DNA of 62,606 nucleotides, the filler included. It is 9 parts of 9 records of this genome, joined end to end, with 100 filler letters (N's around TTAATTAATTAA, not from the genome) between each part and the next. Parts side by side here need not be neighbours in the genome. Positions count along the whole stretch, not along the records: positions 1 to 6,310 come from SRR31147125_88355; positions 6,411 to 12,761 come from SRR31147125_88409; 7 more parts are not named here. One strand, given 5' to 3'. The translations under genes and the position numbers were made by a program. Below are positions 1 through 9,710 of the stretch, in pieces (positions within the stretch are counted from its first letter, which is position 1; each line of letters opens with the position of its first letter). Below the pieces are notes generated by a model. It saw only the letters and a program-made list of their open reading frames with translations. It was not told the DNA's origin and made no database searches.

Positions 1-40
1 GGGAATTTGAATGCCCTCATTGAGGGTCGACCGGTAAAAA

Positions 41-70
41 AATCCCCCGACCCCCTTTAGAAAGGGGGAG
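41..70. repeat. Short GC-rich hairpin (aatccccc..ccccctttagaaaggggg), REP/short-dispersed-repeat-like
   Basis: Inverted repeat cccccttt/aaaggggg upstream of the hdrC-like gene; resembles dispersed AATCCCCC...CCCCCTTT..AAAGGGGG elements. Confidence 0.4.
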
Positions 71-106
71 TCAGCGCCCATAACAGATTATTTAATAGGT
101 GCCGGC

Positions 107-706
107 ATGCGTTTTACAAAAGAGCAAGAAGCATTGGACAGCAACGATGACAGCACTTTAGCTGCCGTTCAGAAGATGGTGCGGGCGTGTATTCAATGCG
201 GGACCTGCAGCGCCTCGTGCCCGAACGCACCGGCCATGGATCTCACCCCTCGCCGTCTGTGGCGTCTTGTCCAGTTGGGGAAGATGGAAGCCATTTTTCG
301 AAGCCACACCTTCACGCTCTGTTCGGCATGCCATTTCTGCACGTTGCGCTGTCCACGCGGTCTGACCCCGGCCGAGGCGATGGCCGGCCTCAAGCGGATC
401 GCCAGCCGCCACCGCATGCGGCGTCATCGGGAGAGCATCATTTTCTATCGAGATTTTGTCGATAACATCCGCCGCAACGGCCGTGTGCAGGAGATGGCGC
501 TCATGACCGCTTACTTCATGCACATGCGACGCCCCCTTCTACCGGCCCGATTTGCAGCGCTCGGCTGGAAGCTGCAGTGCAAAGGCAAGGTGGCGCTGCC
601 CCGCGCTGGTGCATCGTCGTACAACCTGGAGGCCCTTTTTCGGAAGGTGAGTGAATTGGAAAAAAGACAAAGCGATGAGCGCCGGTCGAGCGGCGCCTTG
701 GATTGA
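107..706 (+). CDS. hdrC: Heterodisulfide reductase subunit C-like 2x[4Fe-4S] protein
   Basis: CIQCGTCSASCP and CSACHFCTLRCP motifs; directly upstream of a CCG-domain gene. Confidence 0.85.
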   Translation: MRFTKEQEALDSNDDSTLAAVQKMVRACIQCGTCSASCPNAPAMDLTPRRLWRLVQLGKMEAIFRSHTFTLCSACHFCTLRCPRGLTPAEAMAGLKRIASRHRMRRHRESIIFYRDFVDNIRRNGRVQEMALMTAYFMHMRRPLLPARFAALGWKLQCKGKVALPRAGASSYNLEALFRKVSELEKRQSDERRSSGALD

Positions 707-731
707 ACCCGTCAGGCGAGGAAGAAGACCA

Positions 732-1606
732 ATGCGCTATCTCTACTACCCGGGCTGTTCGCTGGAAGGAACGGCGAAGGAGTATGACATTGCCACCCGT
801 GCCCTGATGCAACGTCTGGAGGTCGAGTTGGCGGAGATCGAGGGATGGACCTGCTGCGGTGCTTCGGCGGCACCGGGGTTAGCCGCCTGCTGGCCCTCAC
901 CCTGGCGGCCCGCAACCTCGCTTTGGCCGAACGGGCCAAGGCCAACGCGGATCTGCTGATCCCCTGCAGCGCGTGCTACCTGAACCTCAGGCAGGCCAAC
1001 GAGGTCCTGAAAGAAGACGCCCAGGCCCTTCAGGAGACCAACGAAGTGTTGTCCGAGGAGGCGCTCTCCGTCAACGGCTCACTGCGGATCCGCCACCTGC
1101 TCGATGTACTGGCCAACGACATCGGGCCGTCCGCCATCGCCCGGCGTGCCGCCATCTCCCTCGAAGGATTGGTTGCGGCGCCCTACTACGGTTGCCAGTG
1201 CCTGCGCCCTTACGCGGATTTCGACGATCCCCAGGCGCCGACCAGCATGAACGGCCTCATTCAGGCCACCGGCGCCTCGGTATTGAACTGGCGCATGGGC
1301 GCCCGCTGCTGCGGGGCGTCGCACATGACCACCCACATGGAGCAGGGCCTGGAACTGAGCGGCGCCATTCTCTCCGCGGCACGGGAAGCAGATGTGATCG
1401 CGACGGTCTGCCCCATGTGCCAGATCAACCTCGAGGGTTATCAAGAAAAAATTGCCAGGCGAACAGGGCGAGCGACGGCGGTGACCGTTCTCTATCTGCC
1501 TCAACTGATTGGATTGGCCCTGGGATGCGATTCGCATGCCCTCGGCCTCGAGTTGAATCTGGCCGTCTCTGTCGATTTCATGGAGAGATTCGCCGCACCT
1601 GCTTGA
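732..1606 (+). CDS. hdrB: Heterodisulfide reductase subunit B-like CCG-domain protein (one apparent frameshift near 870)
   Basis: YYPGCS...WTCCGA in one frame continues as ARNLALAE...PCSACY...PYYGCQ...CCGA...VCPMCQ in another frame. Confidence 0.85.
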
Positions 1607-1659
1607 ACCAGACATATGGCGCAGGTTCGATGTCATTAACGCAAGGAGTATTTGACGAT

Positions 1660-3948
1660 ATGGCTCGATCCGTCATCCCTTTTCATCAGCGATTGGCCAC
1701 CCGACTGATCCTAACCGTCGGCCTGGTCCTGCTCGCCTCCTTGTCGATATGGGCCTATCTGCATATCGAAGATCAGAAAAGCCGCCTCATGGAACAGATT
1801 CTGGCCGGAACGGACCGTCTGACCAACACCATCCGTCTCGGCACCCACTATGCCATGATGCTCAATTCGCGTGACGATATCACCCAGATCATCACCAATG
1901 TGGGTCAACAGAAAAAGATCGAAAACATCCGTATCTACAACAAACAGGGCCAGATTAAATTCTCCAATCGCGGCGAAGAGGTGGACCGGGTCACCAACAT
2001 CGAAGATGAGGCCTGCTATATCTGCCACCGTACCGATCCACCGCTTGACAACCTGGTACTGGACAAGCGGACGCGCATTTTCCGGGGTCAGAACGGGCAG
2101 CGTATGCTCGGCATCATCACGCCCATCGGCAACGCGCCGGGCTGCAGTACCGGTGACTGCCACTTCCATCCCCAGGGGAAGAAAATTCTCGGCGCCCTGG
2201 ATCTGGTCATCTCCCTGGCCGACACCGACCGGGAGATCCTGGCCGTCGAACGCAACATCATCACCTTTACGGCGTCTATCTTCCTGGTTACCTCGGTCAT
2301 CATCCTGGTCTTTCTGCTGCGCTTCGTCAACCGGCCGATCCGACGCATGATCGACGGCACCCTGCGCATCTCCAGCGGCGACTACGCCACCGGTATCGAG
2401 ATGCGTCGCAACGACGAAATGGGTCTTCTGGCGGGCGCCATCGACCGCATGGGCGAATCAATCGCGGAACAGCAGACGGCCCTCAACAAACAGCGCGACG
2501 AGTACCAGGAGCTGTTCGAACGAGTACCGTGCCTGATTACCGTTCAGGACCGTCGGTTCGACCTGTTGCGCTACAATCGGGAGTTCGCCCGACGGTTCGC
2601 CCCCCGGCCGGGGGATAAATGCTACCAGGCCTACAAAAACCGCGACCGCAAATGTGAACCATGCCCGGTCGAGCAGACCTTCCATGACGGCAAGTCCCAC
2701 TACGCCGAGGAGAGCGGCATCAACAAGGACGGCACGCAATCCTATTGGATCGTGAGCACCTCTCCCATCCGCGATGCCAACGGAGAGGTGGTGGCCGCCA
2801 TGGAGATCTCCCACGACATCACCGCCCGCCGCCAGCTCGAAGTCGAGTTGGTGCGGTCGGAGAAGAAGTACCACGCCATCTTCAGCAACATCCCCAATCC
2901 GGTCTTCGTGCTCGACCCAGACGCCCTTACCATTCTGGACTGCAATATGAACGTCGCCGATGTTTACGGCTACGCCCCCGAAGAGTTGGCCGACACCTCT
3001 TTTCTAAAACTCTTCCCCAAAGCCGAACGCCAACGCCTCGGCAACGAATTGACCAACGCCAGTGAACTGCACCAGGTTCGCCAGACGCACAAAAGCGGAC
3101 ATCTCATCTATGTCGATATCAACATCTCCCCGTCGGAGTATTCGGGGAAAAAGGTTCTACTGGTCACCACCAATGACATCACCCAGCGCCTGGAAGTCGA
3201 GCAGCAGTTGATTCAGGCCAGCAAAATGGCCACCCTTGGCGAGATGGCCACGGGGGTGGCCCATGAGCTCAACCAGCCCCTGTCTGTGATCAAAACAACC
3301 TCCAGCTTCTTCATGCGCAAAATTGCAAAAAACGAAGCGATCGATACGGATGTGCTGGCCAAAATGCTGACCAAGGTGGACGGCAATGTCGATCGGGCGA
3401 CCCGAATCATTCACCACATGCGCCAGTTTGCTCGCAAATCCGACATGGCCCTTCTCAAGGTCTCGATCAACGATATCCTCCACAGCGCCTTCGAAATCTT
3501 CAGCCAGCAGCTAAAAGTGCGCGGTATTGGGGTTAAGTGGCAGCTATCCGACCCCCTCCCCCGCATTGAAGCCGACGCCCAGCGTCTTGAACAGGTATTT
3601 ATCAATCTGCTGATCAACGCCCGTGACGCCATCGAACAGAAGTGGGAGCGGATAGGGCACTCCCGTGACAGCGACCACATCGCCATCTCCAGTCGACATG
3701 AAAATGGGCGTATCATCTGCCTCATCTGCGATACCGGCGTGGGCATCGAACCCGGAATCGAAGAAAAGATCTTCGAACCCTTCTTTACCACCAAGGAGGT
3801 GGGTAAAGGAACCGGTCTCGGGCTCTCCATCAGTTACGGAATCGTTCAGGAGTGCCGGGGAACGATCCGCTGCCTGCAGGGTGAGAAGGAGGGAACCTGT
3901 TTCGAGATGACTTTTCCCGTGGCCAATGAAGGAGATGAGGGAGAATGA
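1660..3948 (+). CDS. Membrane sensor histidine kinase (TM-periplasmic CxxCH domain-TM-HAMP-PAS-PAS-HisKA-HATPase)
   Basis: RBS aaggag at 1643; two TM helices; H-box GVAHELNQPL; N-box QVFINLLINARDA; G-boxes FFTTKEVGKGTGLGL; the upstream part of the 973 ORF is only shadow overlap with hdrB. Confidence 0.9.
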   Translation: MARSVIPFHQRLATRLILTVGLVLLASLSIWAYLHIEDQKSRLMEQILAGTDRLTNTIRLGTHYAMMLNSRDDITQIITNVGQQKKIENIRIYNKQGQIKFSNRGEEVDRVTNIEDEACYICHRTDPPLDNLVLDKRTRIFRGQNGQRMLGIITPIGNAPGCSTGDCHFHPQGKKILGALDLVISLADTDREILAVERNIITFTASIFLVTSVIILVFLLRFVNRPIRRMIDGTLRISSGDYATGIEMRRNDEMGLLAGAIDRMGESIAEQQTALNKQRDEYQELFERVPCLITVQDRRFDLLRYNREFARRFAPRPGDKCYQAYKNRDRKCEPCPVEQTFHDGKSHYAEESGINKDGTQSYWIVSTSPIRDANGEVVAAMEISHDITARRQLEVELVRSEKKYHAIFSNIPNPVFVLDPDALTILDCNMNVADVYGYAPEELADTSFLKLFPKAERQRLGNELTNASELHQVRQTHKSGHLIYVDINISPSEYSGKKVLLVTTNDITQRLEVEQQLIQASKMATLGEMATGVAHELNQPLSVIKTTSSFFMRKIAKNEAIDTDVLAKMLTKVDGNVDRATRIIHHMRQFARKSDMALLKVSINDILHSAFEIFSQQLKVRGIGVKWQLSDPLPRIEADAQRLEQVFINLLINARDAIEQKWERIGHSRDSDHIAISSRHENGRIICLICDTGVGIEPGIEEKIFEPFFTTKEVGKGTGLGLSISYGIVQECRGTIRCLQGEKEGTCFEMTFPVANEGDEGE

Positions 3949-4003
3949 CCCGAATTGGGGACATTTCTCCATATAACCATACTCGCATGAAAGGACACCG
4001 CCA

Positions 4004-5158
4004 ATGGCGCTGAAGGAAGAACAGCTGGAGATCCTGCTGGTCGATGACGAACAGGATATTCGCGATGTCCTCGAAGTCGCACTGGCAGACGCGGGACACA
4101 AGGTATTCACGGCCGAAAACGGCCAGGATGCCATGGCTGTTTTCGAGCGCACCCATCCGGCCATCGTCATCACCGACATCAAGATGCCGGTGATGGACGG
4201 CATCGAACTGCTGCAACGCGTCAAACGAAACACGCCCGAAACGGAAGTGATCATGATCACCGGCCACGGCGACATGGATCTGGCGGTCAAGAGTCTCAAG
4301 CACAAAGCGACCGATTTCATCACCAAGCCGATCAATGTAGATGCCCTGGACATCGCCCTGCAGCGCACCCGGGAGCGGATCGTCATGCGCCGCAAGCTCC
4401 AGGACTACACCACCCACCTGGAATCCCTCATCCGAAAGAAAAGTGAGCTTCAGGACCATCTCTCTTCACTGGGATTGATGATCGGATCGATTTCGCACGG
4501 CATCAAGGGGCTGCTGACCGGGCTGGACGGCGGTATGTACCTCCTCGAGAGAGGGATTAAAACCCAAGATCAACCGTCTCTCGAAGAGGGGTGGCAGACG
4601 GTCAAGCTGATGGTCGGACGGATTCGCAAGCTGGTCATGGATATCCTCTTCCAGGCCAAAAAGCGCGATCTCAACTGGGAACGCGTGGACCCGGGCAATT
4701 TCGTGGAAGAGGCAGCCCGTATCATGGCACAGCGTCTGGAGGGAACCGGCATAGACTTCAAACAGGATTTCGGCGATCTGCCATCCACCTGCACCTTTGA
4801 TACCGGATACATCCATGCCGCCCTGACGAACCTTTTCGACAACGCTATCGATGCCTGCCGGCGCGATGAGACCACGGACCGGCATACCATCACTTTGGAG
4901 GCCGCCCGCGATGGCGAGTCGATCCTCTTCACCGTCAGCGACGACGGCGTCGGCATGGATGCCCAGACCCAGGAGCAGCTCTTTACACTCTTCTTCTCCT
5001 CCAAAGGGCGCCATGGGACCGGCCTTGGACTCTATATCACCAGAAATATCGTGGAACAGCACGGCGGAGAGATTGCGGTGGTGTCATCACCCGGCCGGGG
5101 TAGCCGGTTCACCATTAAATTGCCGATGAGGAAGAATCACGAGGAGAAAACCGGTTGA
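4004..5158 (+). CDS. Hybrid response regulator-histidine kinase (REC-HisKA-HATPase)
   Basis: LLVDDE, TDIKMPVMDG, KP receiver motifs; SISHGIKG H-box; NLFDNAIDA, DDGVGM, GTGLGL. Confidence 0.9.
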   Translation: MALKEEQLEILLVDDEQDIRDVLEVALADAGHKVFTAENGQDAMAVFERTHPAIVITDIKMPVMDGIELLQRVKRNTPETEVIMITGHGDMDLAVKSLKHKATDFITKPINVDALDIALQRTRERIVMRRKLQDYTTHLESLIRKKSELQDHLSSLGLMIGSISHGIKGLLTGLDGGMYLLERGIKTQDQPSLEEGWQTVKLMVGRIRKLVMDILFQAKKRDLNWERVDPGNFVEEAARIMAQRLEGTGIDFKQDFGDLPSTCTFDTGYIHAALTNLFDNAIDACRRDETTDRHTITLEAARDGESILFTVSDDGVGMDAQTQEQLFTLFFSSKGRHGTGLGLYITRNIVEQHGGEIAVVSSPGRGSRFTIKLPMRKNHEEKTG

Positions 5159-5185
5159 TGGCCGTGACAGCTTGGGTGCCGTTCG

Positions 5186-5971
5186 TCAGACGGCATACTG
5201 CTTCGAAAAGGCGAGCACCTTTTCCACGTAGTTGCGGGTTTCCCGATAGGGCACATTGCCGTTGTAGCGCATCACCGTACCCGGACCGGCGTTGTAGGCC
5301 GCCAGCGCCTGTTTCAAGTTGCCGTTAAACATGTCCATCATCCGGCGCAGATAACGCGCGCCCCCATCGATATTCTGCTCGATGTCGAACGCATCTTCGA
5401 CCCCCAACTCCCTGGCGGTGGCCGGCATCAGCTGCATCAGCCCCTGGGCGCCGGCCCGGGAGACGGCATCGGGTTGGAAGTTGGACTCGGCCCGGATCAC
5501 GCTGCGGATCAGGCCGGCGGGCACATCGTATTTTGCGGCAGCCGCGTGGATACTGTTCGAAATCAACTCATCTGCCGTCATCTCCCTCTGGGCACTCTCC
5601 GGCACATCGGGTGACAACTGTGCCTCAATGGGCGCCTCGACCTGAACCTCAGGCGTGGGTGACCCTGATTCATTCGACAATGCTTGATCAGTAGCGTATG
5701 CAGTTGCTGGATCAATAGACGGCTTGGATGATTCCCAAGTGCGAGATTGGGCAGTCACAGTGTGTTTCCAGTAGTCGCGAATCCCCATTCCGACCGATGA
5801 CGATGGGGTCGATGGTTGCGATTCGGACTGCATCTTTTCAAGCAACTGGGCGAATTCGCCTATTTCGACACTTTCAGACGCATCTCCCTTTTGAAGTTGC
5901 CGTCCTATATCGTTCCCCATACCCGCCCGCTTGAAATAGTCGTGTATGGTCATATGCGTATTGTTTGTCAT
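5186..5971 (-). CDS. Lytic transglycosylase (SLT domain) with long N-terminal extension
   Basis: IRAESNF, GAQGLMQLMP, ALAAYNAG, ETRNYV motifs. Confidence 0.9.
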   Translation of the reverse strand: MTNNTHMTIHDYFKRAGMGNDIGRQLQKGDASESVEIGEFAQLLEKMQSESQPSTPSSSVGMGIRDYWKHTVTAQSRTWESSKPSIDPATAYATDQALSNESGSPTPEVQVEAPIEAQLSPDVPESAQREMTADELISNSIHAAAAKYDVPAGLIRSVIRAESNFQPDAVSRAGAQGLMQLMPATARELGVEDAFDIEQNIDGGARYLRRMMDMFNGNLKQALAAYNAGPGTVMRYNGNVPYRETRNYVEKVLAFSKQYAV

Positions 5972-6030
5972 TTTCGATCCAACCCCCTGCTTGACCGGTC
6001 TTTAAAAACAGTTGTGGCCCCATCTGAAAC

Positions 6031-6047
6031 AGCAATTTTTATTCCAG
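6031..6047 (-). promoter_or_regulatory. Sigma54 (-24/-12) promoter of the SLT gene
   Basis: Minus strand CTGGAATAAAAATTGCT = GG-N10-GC with TTGC, 60 nt upstream of the start codon. Confidence 0.6.
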
Positions 6048-6074
6048 TTGATACAAATAAAGAATTTTTTATAT

Positions 6075-6156
6075 AAACAAATAGTTATAATACATATAGC
6101 TGTACTGGTATGCCAAGAGACGGTCAAATTTGCCGGCAGACCGGCAATAAAATGAC
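6075..6156. promoter_or_regulatory. Putative IHF site (6075-6087) and dyad enhancer-binding-protein UAS (6123-6156)
   Basis: AAACAAATAGTTA deviates at one position from WATCAANNNNTTR; GTCAAATTTGCCGG-CAGA-CCGGCAATAAAATGAC imperfect dyad lies about 80-110 nt upstream of the sigma54 site. Confidence 0.45.
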
Positions 6157-6310
6157 AACCCTGACATATTAGACAACTCTAAAACGCTGGCTATGTTTTG
6201 CAGAATCGCAATGGCGGCGGCAACAAGGTAAAAGGAAAGAAATCCAATCGCTTCTCCACAAACCTCCAGTTGCTGCTCATTCGGTATCGAAATCGATTTT
6301 ATTGCGGACC

Positions 6311-6410
6311 NNNNNNNNNNNNNNNNNNNNNNNNNNNNNNNNNNNNNNNNNNNNTTAATTAATTAANNNNNNNNNNNNNNNNNNNNNNNNNNNNNNNNNN
6401 NNNNNNNNNN
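6311..6410. other. Artificial contig spacer (N44-TTAATTAATTAA-N44)
   Basis: N runs with six-frame stop linker; composition changes across it. Confidence 0.99.
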
Positions 6411-6722
6411 TTTTTCGCCCTCACGAATATATTTCATAATAGCACGAATTTCATCGTCTTCCAATGTCGATTGATACGACGGCATTCCCAAATGTGCAAT
6501 CCCAAATTTTATATTTCTAAAAACATAACCATCTTCAGCTCCAAACTGCCATATCCCATCGATTAAACTGGCAGCATTTCCACCGCTAAGGTTTGCTCCG
6601 TGGCATTGTGCACAGTTTTGTCCATAAAGAGCAGGGCCGTTCTGGGCATTCAAATTAATAAAAGAAAAGATAAGGGAAGAGGTTAATACAAAGTTGCGAA
6701 GAAAAAGCAGAGTTGATTTCAT
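6411..6722 (-). CDS. Exported c-type cytochrome domain protein, N-terminal part (truncated by contig end; possibly fused to a PQQ/glucose-sorbosone dehydrogenase)
   Basis: Signal peptide, LYGQNCAQCHG heme motif, distal GMPSY Met. Confidence 0.75.
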
Positions 6723-6945
6723 TTTTGTCGATTTAGATGATACACAATAAGATACAAAGTTTTCTCCGATTTTGTTCAATTTTCGTATCAATTCAAATCT
6801 TAAACCTGTAAAATGTATTCAACGATCTGTAATAAATATACTTTCGTTAATCAAACCGGAAGTATTTTTGTTTCATTAATTTTAAAGCGAGTAATCGGGA
6901 ATCAAAATATTCTCAATGCTCTTTACTTAAATATCAATACAAAAA

Positions 6946-7728
6946 ATGAAAAACGTAGCATTAATAAGCGGAGCCTCAACAGGAATTGGAAAAGAGTTAG
7001 CATACATTCACGCTGAAAAAGGCGGCGATATTATTATAGTAGCACGCAGCAGAGACAAACTGGAAGCTTTAAAAGCAGATTTGAAAAAGAAATATGGAGT
7101 TGAAGTAATGGTAATTGCAAAAGACCTTGGCAAAGCAGAAGCTCCGAAAGAAATTTACGACGAAGTAAAAAAAGCAGGAATAGAAATCGACATTTTAATA
7201 AATAATGCAGGTTTTGGCGCGCTGGGAAAATTTCACGAATTGGAATTCGACCTTCAAATTCAGATGATTAACTTAAACGTTACATCGTTAACCGCCATGA
7301 CACGTTTATTTTTGTCCGATTTTGTAGAACGTAACTCGGGAAAAATCCTGAACACCTCATCAACTGCAAGTTTTACACCGGGGCCATTACAAGCGGTTTA
7401 TTTCGCCACAAAAGCCTATGTAACTTATTTTAGCAATGCGCTTTCTGAAGAACTAAACGACACAAACGTTACGGTTACCAACTTAATGCCTGGCGCTACT
7501 GAAACAGAATTCGGAGCGACTTCGGGAATGGATAAAACAGAGGCTTTTAAGAAAACTGTTTCGGCACGCAGCGTTGCTGAAGATGGTTACAATGCAATGC
7601 TCAATGGAAAAATAGACATTATTTCGGGCTTAACTCCAACGCAAAAAGTACTGATAAAAATGATTCCTTTTATGTCGAAAAAAACGCTACTTAAAACTGC
7701 ACGGAAACTACAGGAAACTGAAGAGTAA
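6946..7728 (+). CDS. Short-chain dehydrogenase/reductase (SDR)
   Basis: SGASTGIG, INNAG, YFATK catalytic motif. Confidence 0.92.
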   Translation: MKNVALISGASTGIGKELAYIHAEKGGDIIIVARSRDKLEALKADLKKKYGVEVMVIAKDLGKAEAPKEIYDEVKKAGIEIDILINNAGFGALGKFHELEFDLQIQMINLNVTSLTAMTRLFLSDFVERNSGKILNTSSTASFTPGPLQAVYFATKAYVTYFSNALSEELNDTNVTVTNLMPGATETEFGATSGMDKTEAFKKTVSARSVAEDGYNAMLNGKIDIISGLTPTQKVLIKMIPFMSKKTLLKTARKLQETEE

Positions 7729-7795
7729 AAAATGCCTGCACAAAACGAAACCAATTTATTATAGCACAAGAAAACATTATTCAGAATAAACAGAA

Positions 7796-8902
7796 ATGAG
7801 ACAGCTAGTACCTCTTATTTTTTTCATAGTATTTTTAGGAATACTAATTGGAGCCAACATATATTTAACGCGCCGGTTTGGCTGGTATTTCGATTTTAAA
7901 AGCATCCGTTTTTTATATGTAACATTTGCCGCACTTACAATTTTTATGATTGGCGGGCTAATAGCATTTATGAACGCCCAAAGCAGTTTTGCCAACCTGG
8001 CTTACAGCGCAGCCGCAATAACAATGGGATTTATGTTGTTTTTGCTGATGTCGGTAATTGTTGTAGATATTGCGAGCCTTTTCATAAAGAACAATCCCAA
8101 AATTCTTGGCTCCCTGGCTATTTTACTGGCACTTGTTGTTTCGGGCTACGGAATTTGGAATGCCACCAACAAACGAATTCGTGAAGTGGATGTTCCGTTA
8201 AAAGGATTAACTACCGAGATAAAAGCAGCACTGTTAACCGACATTCATATCGGGCATTTTTGGGGCGTAAAAACCCTGCAAAATGTGGTGGCTAAAACCA
8301 ATGCACAAAATCCTGACCTTGTATTTATTACCGGCGATTTGTTCGATGGAAAAATTCGTTTGAACAAAGCCAGCCTTGCTCCACTGCAAAATTTAAATGC
8401 CCCTGTTTATTTTGTTGAAGGAAACCACGATGGATATTCGGGAGCCAAAGAAATTAAACAGAAGTTGCGAGAGGTTGGAGTTCATGTTTTGGAAAATGAA
8501 GTCACTCATTTTAGCCAATTGCAACTAATTGGTTTAAACCACATGCTTGCCGACGACAATTCGGTTGATATGCACGCAACCGGAGTTCGTTCAACTATAA
8601 AATCGACTTTAGAGCAATTGAATATATTTCCGAATAAGCCAACAGTACTATTGCATCACAGCCCCGATGGAATTAAATATGCAAACAAACATGGTGTTGA
8701 TTTGTACCTCGCCGGACACACCCACGCCGGGCAGATTTTTCCTGTAAATTTTATTGCTGAGTTAATGTTCGATTACAACAAAGGCCTGCACCATTTTAAG
8801 GGAACAAAAATGTATGTTTCGCAAGGTGTGGGAACATTTGGACCGCCCATGCGTGTGGGAACCATTAGCGAAATAACAATATTGAATTTAAAGCCTGAAT
8901 AA
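7796..8902 (+). CDS. Membrane-anchored metallophosphoesterase (YkuE/YaeI-like)
   Basis: N-terminal TM helices; DIH, GDLFD, GNHD, HHSP, GHTHAGQ motifs. Confidence 0.9.
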   Translation: MRQLVPLIFFIVFLGILIGANIYLTRRFGWYFDFKSIRFLYVTFAALTIFMIGGLIAFMNAQSSFANLAYSAAAITMGFMLFLLMSVIVVDIASLFIKNNPKILGSLAILLALVVSGYGIWNATNKRIREVDVPLKGLTTEIKAALLTDIHIGHFWGVKTLQNVVAKTNAQNPDLVFITGDLFDGKIRLNKASLAPLQNLNAPVYFVEGNHDGYSGAKEIKQKLREVGVHVLENEVTHFSQLQLIGLNHMLADDNSVDMHATGVRSTIKSTLEQLNIFPNKPTVLLHHSPDGIKYANKHGVDLYLAGHTHAGQIFPVNFIAELMFDYNKGLHHFKGTKMYVSQGVGTFGPPMRVGTISEITILNLKPE

Positions 8903-8903
8903 A

Positions 8904-9575
8904 ATGAATGTAATTATAACAGGAGCCACCGGAATGGTTGGCAAAGGAGTTTTACTTGAATGTTTAGATCATTCAGAAGTAGAGAAGGTGCTGGTAATTG
9001 GCAGAAACTCTGTTGAACTGAAGCATCCGAAACTAAAGGAATTGATTCATAAAAATTTCTCCGACTTTTCAGATGCCAAAGATGAGCTGCAAAACTACGA
9101 TGCCTGCTTTTTCTGCATGGGAATTAGTTCTGCCGGAATGAAAGAGGAAGATTATAAACACATTACCTACGATTTTACTTTTGCTCTGGCTAAAACATTA
9201 TTTGCTATTAATCCCAAAATAACCTTTAATTATGTTTCGGGTCAGGGAACCGATTCTTCTGAAAAAGGCCGAACAATGTGGGCGCGGGTAAAAGGAAAAA
9301 CCGAAAACGACTTATTAAATCTTGGATTCAAACAAGCCTATATGTTTCGTCCAGGAGCCATAATTCCTTTACGTGGAATAAAATCGCGGACTAAATTGTA
9401 CCAGTTTGTATACGATTATTTTATGTGGTTGGTAAAGCTTATGAAAGCGCTTGCCCCAAATTCGGTAGTAAACACCACACAAATTGGATTGGCAATGATT
9501 AATTCGGTTTCGAAAGGATATGAAAAGAAGGTATTAAGCCCGAAGGATATTTTAATCCTAAGCAAATCCATTTAA
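8904..9575 (+). CDS. NAD(P)-binding epimerase/semialdehyde dehydrogenase-like protein (YraR/TIP30-like)
   Basis: TGATGMVG Rossmann motif; WARVKGKTE; FRPG. Confidence 0.8.
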   Translation: MNVIITGATGMVGKGVLLECLDHSEVEKVLVIGRNSVELKHPKLKELIHKNFSDFSDAKDELQNYDACFFCMGISSAGMKEEDYKHITYDFTFALAKTLFAINPKITFNYVSGQGTDSSEKGRTMWARVKGKTENDLLNLGFKQAYMFRPGAIIPLRGIKSRTKLYQFVYDYFMWLVKLMKALAPNSVVNTTQIGLAMINSVSKGYEKKVLSPKDILILSKSI

Positions 9576-9591
9576 CTTAAAAATGCAATTG

Positions 9592-9676
9592 GGCGTAATA
9601 TTTGGAATGCCATTCCAAATAATGGCGTAAAATTTGGAATACCACTCCAAATATTGGCGTAAAATTTGGAATACCA
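9592..9676. repeat. Tandem array of about 2.7 copies of a 32-bp unit, each full copy containing a palindrome
   Basis: GGCGTAA(T/A)ATTTGGAAT(G/A)CCA.TCCAAATA.T starts at 9592, 9624 and 9656. Confidence 0.9.
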
Positions 9677-9697
9677 TATAAAAAACCATTACCTTTG
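9665..9697 (+). promoter_or_regulatory. Bacteroidetes sigma-ABfr-type promoter (-33 TTTG / -7 TAnnTTTG) of the AAA ATPase gene
   Basis: TTTG at 9665-9668, 21-nt spacer, TACCTTTG at 9690-9697, ATG at 9711. Confidence 0.65.
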
Positions 9698-9710
9698 AGC
9701 TAAAAAGGGA

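Noticed and set aside
973-1659. N-terminal 229 aa of the 991-aa ORF as part of the kinase
   Set aside because: It is an Arg/Pro-rich shadow frame overlapping hdrB; a good RBS and ATG exist at 1643-1660.
9592-9676. 32-bp repeats as a CRISPR array
   Set aside because: The units are directly tandem with no unique spacers, and no cas genes are nearby.
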